Assembly (NCBI GenBank): GCA_947624875.1
Contig: CANQMA010000001.1
Coordinates: forward strand, 40,225 to 104,224
DNA length: 64,000 nt
Reading direction: 5' to 3'
From: an uncultured Lachnospiraceae bacterium
GTDB taxonomy: Bacteria > Bacillota > Clostridia > Lachnospirales > Lachnospiraceae
Below, one piece after another: positions 60,980 to 64,000 of this stretch. Position 1 is the stretch's first letter. Every line of letters starts with the position of its first letter. A program made the translations under genes and the position numbers. The notes under the pieces were generated by a model, which saw only the letters and a list, made by a program, of their open reading frames with translations, was not told where the DNA came from and did not search any database.

Positions 60980-61469
60980 TTTTCTTCTCCTTCTCTTTTA
61001 ACTTTTCGAATACCTGAGGAATCACAGATTCCGGTACAAAACGACTGATATCCGCCCCATAATATGCAGCTTCTTTCACTGTGCTGGAACTTAAATAGGC
61101 GTATTCCAAACTTGTCGTAAAGAAGATCGTATCAATTTCGTTATCTAACACCATATTTGTCTGTGACATCTGAAGTTCATATTCAAAATCTGTAACGGCG
61201 CGGAGTCCCCTCACAATAATCTTTGCGTCCAGTTTTTTTGCAAAGTCAACCAACAGTCCTTCAAAAGCCATTACTTTTACGTTTGGAATATCTTTTACGA
61301 CCTCATTTAACATTTTAACACGATTTTCAACAGAGAACAATGGTGTTTTTAAATTATTATTTAAAACGCCCACAACCAGCTCGTCTACAATTTTTGCAGA
61401 CCGCTTTATAATATCTAAGTGTCCCAACGTCACCGGGTCAAAACTGCCCGGATAAATTGCTCTTTTCAT
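60972..61469 (-). CDS. coaD: Pantetheine-phosphate adenylyltransferase
   Basis: [31 protein letters not shown]. Confidence 0.98.
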   Translation of the reverse strand: MKRAIYPGSFDPVTLGHLDIIKRSAKIVDELVVGVLNNNLKTPLFSVENRVKMLNEVVKDIPNVKVMAFEGLLVDFAKKLDAKIIVRGLRAVTDFEYELQMSQTNMVLDNEIDTIFFTTSLEYAYLSSSTVKEAAYYGADISRFVPESVIPQVFEKLKEKEKKNE

Positions 61470-61470
61470 A

Positions 61471-62031
61471 TTATGTTTCCTTTAATTTTAAAAATAAATG
61501 CTGATTCGTTTTATATTTCTTTTGCTTTATGATTGCAAAGCCCAGAGTATCGCAGTAATCCAGTGAAGTGTCTAGGGATGCCTCTACAATCACGACAGAA
61601 TCTTTATCAATTAAATCAGATTTACTTAAAAAAATCAATACTTCTTTTTCATATTCCTTTTGATAAGGGGGATCCATAAAAACAAAATCAAAAGTTCTCT
61701 TTTGCCGCTGTAATTCTTCTAATGCGGCCAGAACGCTTTTCTCCAAGACTTCCGCCTGTTCCTCAAGCCTCGTCGCTTTTAGATTTTTCTTGATATATGA
61801 GACGGCCTCATGATTGTTCTCGACAAAACACGCCTGTTCTGCCCCGCGGCTGAGCGCCTCGATTCCAATGGCGCCGCTGCCGCTAAACAGATCTAAAAAA
61901 GATGTATCCGGAATTTCATATTGAATCATATTAAAAAGAGTTTCTTTGATTCGGTCTGTTGTGGGTCTTGTAGCGATTCCCGGAACAGTTTTTAATTCTG
62001 TCCTCCTTGCTTTTCCTGCAATGACTCTCAT
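61471..62031 (-). CDS. rsmD: 16S rRNA m2G966 methyltransferase
   Basis: [31 protein letters not shown]. Confidence 0.96.
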   Translation of the reverse strand: MRVIAGKARRTELKTVPGIATRPTTDRIKETLFNMIQYEIPDTSFLDLFSGSGAIGIEALSRGAEQACFVENNHEAVSYIKKNLKATRLEEQAEVLEKSVLAALEELQRQKRTFDFVFMDPPYQKEYEKEVLIFLSKSDLIDKDSVVIVEASLDTSLDYCDTLGFAIIKQKKYKTNQHLFLKLKET

Positions 62032-62062
62032 CTAAAACCTCCCTGTCAACTCTTTCGAAAAG

Positions 62063-62090
62063 AAAAAGCAAGCAAAATGCTTGCTTTTTT
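62063..62090 (-). terminator. Intrinsic terminator after rpsA
   Basis: AAAAAGCAAGCA-AAA-TGCTTGCTTTTTT. Confidence 0.8.
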
Positions 62091-62110
62091 ATTGTTTATA
62101 TCAGTATCAT

Positions 62111-63490
62111 TTACGCTTCCGTTTCTTCTTTGGCAGCTTCTTCAGATACAGTTTGCTCCTCTGATTTCTCCGGTTCTTCTAAAGCAGGTTCTTCCGTTTC
62201 TTCCGGAACTGATTCCTCTGCCGCTTCAGCAGATTCTTCTGTAACTTCCGGTTCGGATGTCTCTGCCGGTTCTTCCGCAGGTTCCTCTTCCACTGAAACA
62301 GCTTCCTCTGTCGTTTCATCTACCGTTTCCGGAACAGCTTCCTCTGTCGTTTCATCTACCGTTTCCGGAACAGTTTCCTCTGTTGTTTCATCTACCATTT
62401 CCGGAACAGCTTCCTCTTCTGCTTCAACCGGTTCTTCGTCAGGAAGCAGGACTTTTCTGCTCAGACTGATTTTCTTTTCTTCTTCGTTAAAATCAACAAT
62501 CTTTGCTTCGATTTCCTCTCCCACTTTCAATTCGTCAGATGGCTTGTCAACATGATGCTTTGCAATCTGTGATACATGAAGCAGCGCGTCAACGCCCGGC
62601 TCAATCTCAACAAATGCGCCAAAATCTGTCATTCTGGCAACTTTACCTGTCACAATCACGCCCGGAGCAAATTTTTCAGCTGCATTTGTCCAAGGATTTG
62701 TATCTTCGAATTTCAAACTTAACGCAATCTTATCGCCGTTGATTTCTTTGATAAAAGTGGTAACCTGATCGCCCGGTTTAAAAAGTTTTCTGGGATTTCC
62801 AACACGGCCCCATGACATTTCAGAAATATGTAACAGCCCGTCAGCACCTCCGATATCTACAAAAGCGCCAAAATCAACAACGCTCTTTACAACGCCGTCA
62901 ATCACCTGTCCAACTTCGATTTTTTCAAATAATGCTTTTTTCGCCGCCTCTTTTTCAGCGACAACCAACTGCTTTCTGTCACCGATAATTCTTCTCTTTC
63001 TCGGTTCGAATTCGGTAATGACAAATTCAATTTCCTGATTCAGATATTTATTCAGATCTCTTTCAAAATTATCTGAAACCAAACTTGCCGGAATAAATAC
63101 TCTTCCGCCTTCTACATCGACACTCAAACCACCTCTTAATATCTGTACAACTGGTGCTTTGAGAACTTCTTTATTTTCAAAAGCTTCTTCAATTCTCTTA
63201 TTTGCTTTCTCTGCAGCAAGCCTCTTATATGACAGCGCAACCTGACCATCGCCATCGTTGACTTTAAGAACCTTTACTGTCAGTTCATCGCCTACTGAAA
63301 TTACAGTTGTCAGATCTACCGGTGTATTAGAGTATTCCGTGTTCGTAAGGATTCCATCAGCTTTATAACCGATATTTAATATCGCTTCATCCGGTTTTAC
63401 GCTGATAACCTTTCCTGTAACAGTACTTCCATTGTGAACAGATTTAATGGAATCTTCTAACATTTGTTCAAAACTCATCTCTTCTGACAT
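62111..63490 (-). CDS. rpsA: 30S ribosomal protein S1 (four S1 domains) with long acidic C-tail
   Basis: FIPAS, DFGAFVDIGGADGLLHISE, DFGAFVEIEPGVDALLHVSQ; GGAGG RBS inside ispH. Confidence 0.95.
   Translation of the reverse strand: MSEEMSFEQMLEDSIKSVHNGSTVTGKVISVKPDEAILNIGYKADGILTNTEYSNTPVDLTTVISVGDELTVKVLKVNDGDGQVALSYKRLAAEKANKRIEEAFENKEVLKAPVVQILRGGLSVDVEGGRVFIPASLVSDNFERDLNKYLNQEIEFVITEFEPRKRRIIGDRKQLVVAEKEAAKKALFEKIEVGQVIDGVVKSVVDFGAFVDIGGADGLLHISEMSWGRVGNPRKLFKPGDQVTTFIKEINGDKIALSLKFEDTNPWTNAAEKFAPGVIVTGKVARMTDFGAFVEIEPGVDALLHVSQIAKHHVDKPSDELKVGEEIEAKIVDFNEEEKKISLSRKVLLPDEEPVEAEEEAVPEMVDETTEETVPETVDETTEEAVPETVDETTEEAVSVEEEPAEEPAETSEPEVTEESAEAAEESVPEETEEPALEEPEKSEEQTVSEEAAKEETEA
62297..62416 (-). 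repeat. In-frame 36-bp tandem repeat (~3.3 copies) in the rpsA tail
   Basis: AACAG(C/T)TTCCTC at 62297, 62333, 62369, 62405; encodes EE(A/T)VPE(T/M)VDETT. Confidence 0.93.
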
Positions 63491-64000
63491 TCAGTATGAA
63501 CCTCCTCTATAATATTCTTTGGGGTCGATGCCCCTGCTGTAATACCAATAGACTGAAATGCTTTCAAATCATAGGAATTCAAGTCATCGGCAGTTTGTAC
63601 AAAGAAGGTATTTCCACACTGCTTTTTACAGATGTCAACAAGCTTTTGTGTGTTGGAACTATGCCTTCCTCCTATGACAATCATCGCATCAACTTTCGAC
63701 GCAATTTCTTTTGCTTCAACCTGACGTACATTTGTCGCATTGCAAATTGTGTTTACAACGTTTATATCATACCCCTTTTTTCGCATAATTTCAACTAAAT
63801 ATTTAAATTTATTGTGATTAAATGTCGTTTGCGAAACAACGCAATAACTGCAGGATTTGTCCTGCATGAAAATATCAATCTGCTCTTCATCATTCAGCAC
63901 TGCGCTTTCTCCATGAACCCATCCGCGGATGCCTTCTACTTCCGGGTGGTTGTCATTTCCGATAATGACAATGATTCTTCCTGCTTTGCTCTCCTGTTCA
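63475..64000 (-). CDS. ispH: 4-hydroxy-3-methylbut-2-enyl diphosphate reductase, C-terminal part; starts beyond the window
   Basis: HPEVEGI, SQTTF, NTICNAT.VRQ, GG.HSSNT, GITAGASTP. Confidence 0.96.
   Translation of the reverse strand, partial: EQESKAGRIIVIIGNDNHPEVEGIRGWVHGESAVLNDEEQIDIFMQDKSCSYCVVSQTTFNHNKFKYLVEIMRKKGYDINVVNTICNATNVRQVEAKEIASKVDAMIVIGGRHSSNTQKLVDICKKQCGNTFFVQTADDLNSYDLKAFQSIGITAGASTPKNIIEEVHTECQKR

Noticed and set aside
62130-62555. Ser-rich 141-aa + strand ORF and the repeat ORF at 62257-62469
   Set aside because: Antisense shadows of the Glu-rich, repetitive rpsA tail.

Overview
Core-genome segment of a low-GC, spore-forming Clostridia bacterium; gene order and sequences look Lachnospiraceae-like (inference). 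Almost all of the ~55 genes are on the minus strand. Contents in transcription order: ispH(partial)-rpsA, rsmD-coaD, ACT/DUF711, pta-ackA, yceD-rpmF, plsX-acpP-rnc-smc-ftsY-ilvA, ylxM-ffh-rpsP-khpA-rimM-trmD-rplS, rbgA-rnhB-yraN-pgeF-DUF512-der-plsY-gpsA-(SAS)-cls, spoIVA, tyrS-alaS, rpsU-yqfCD-phoH-ybeY, miaB-mutS-mutL-miaA, radC-mreBCD-pbp(partial). I found no rRNA, tRNA, CRISPR, prophage or intact IS. The most unexplained signal is the ~770-bp spoIVA-tyrS intergenic region. It holds a non-coding 5 x 74-bp array of alternating inverted ATTACAT/ATGTAAT motifs, a long hairpin and a possible small + strand transcript. Other points of interest are an MreB lacking canonical ATPase residues, a DUF2441-like pseudogene with an internal deletion, a palindrome over the ylxM-ffh promoter, and a repeat-expanded acidic tail on S1. 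All protein calls come from motif recognition and synteny, not database searches. Where an RBS supports a downstream start codon, I used it instead of the ORF-track start.
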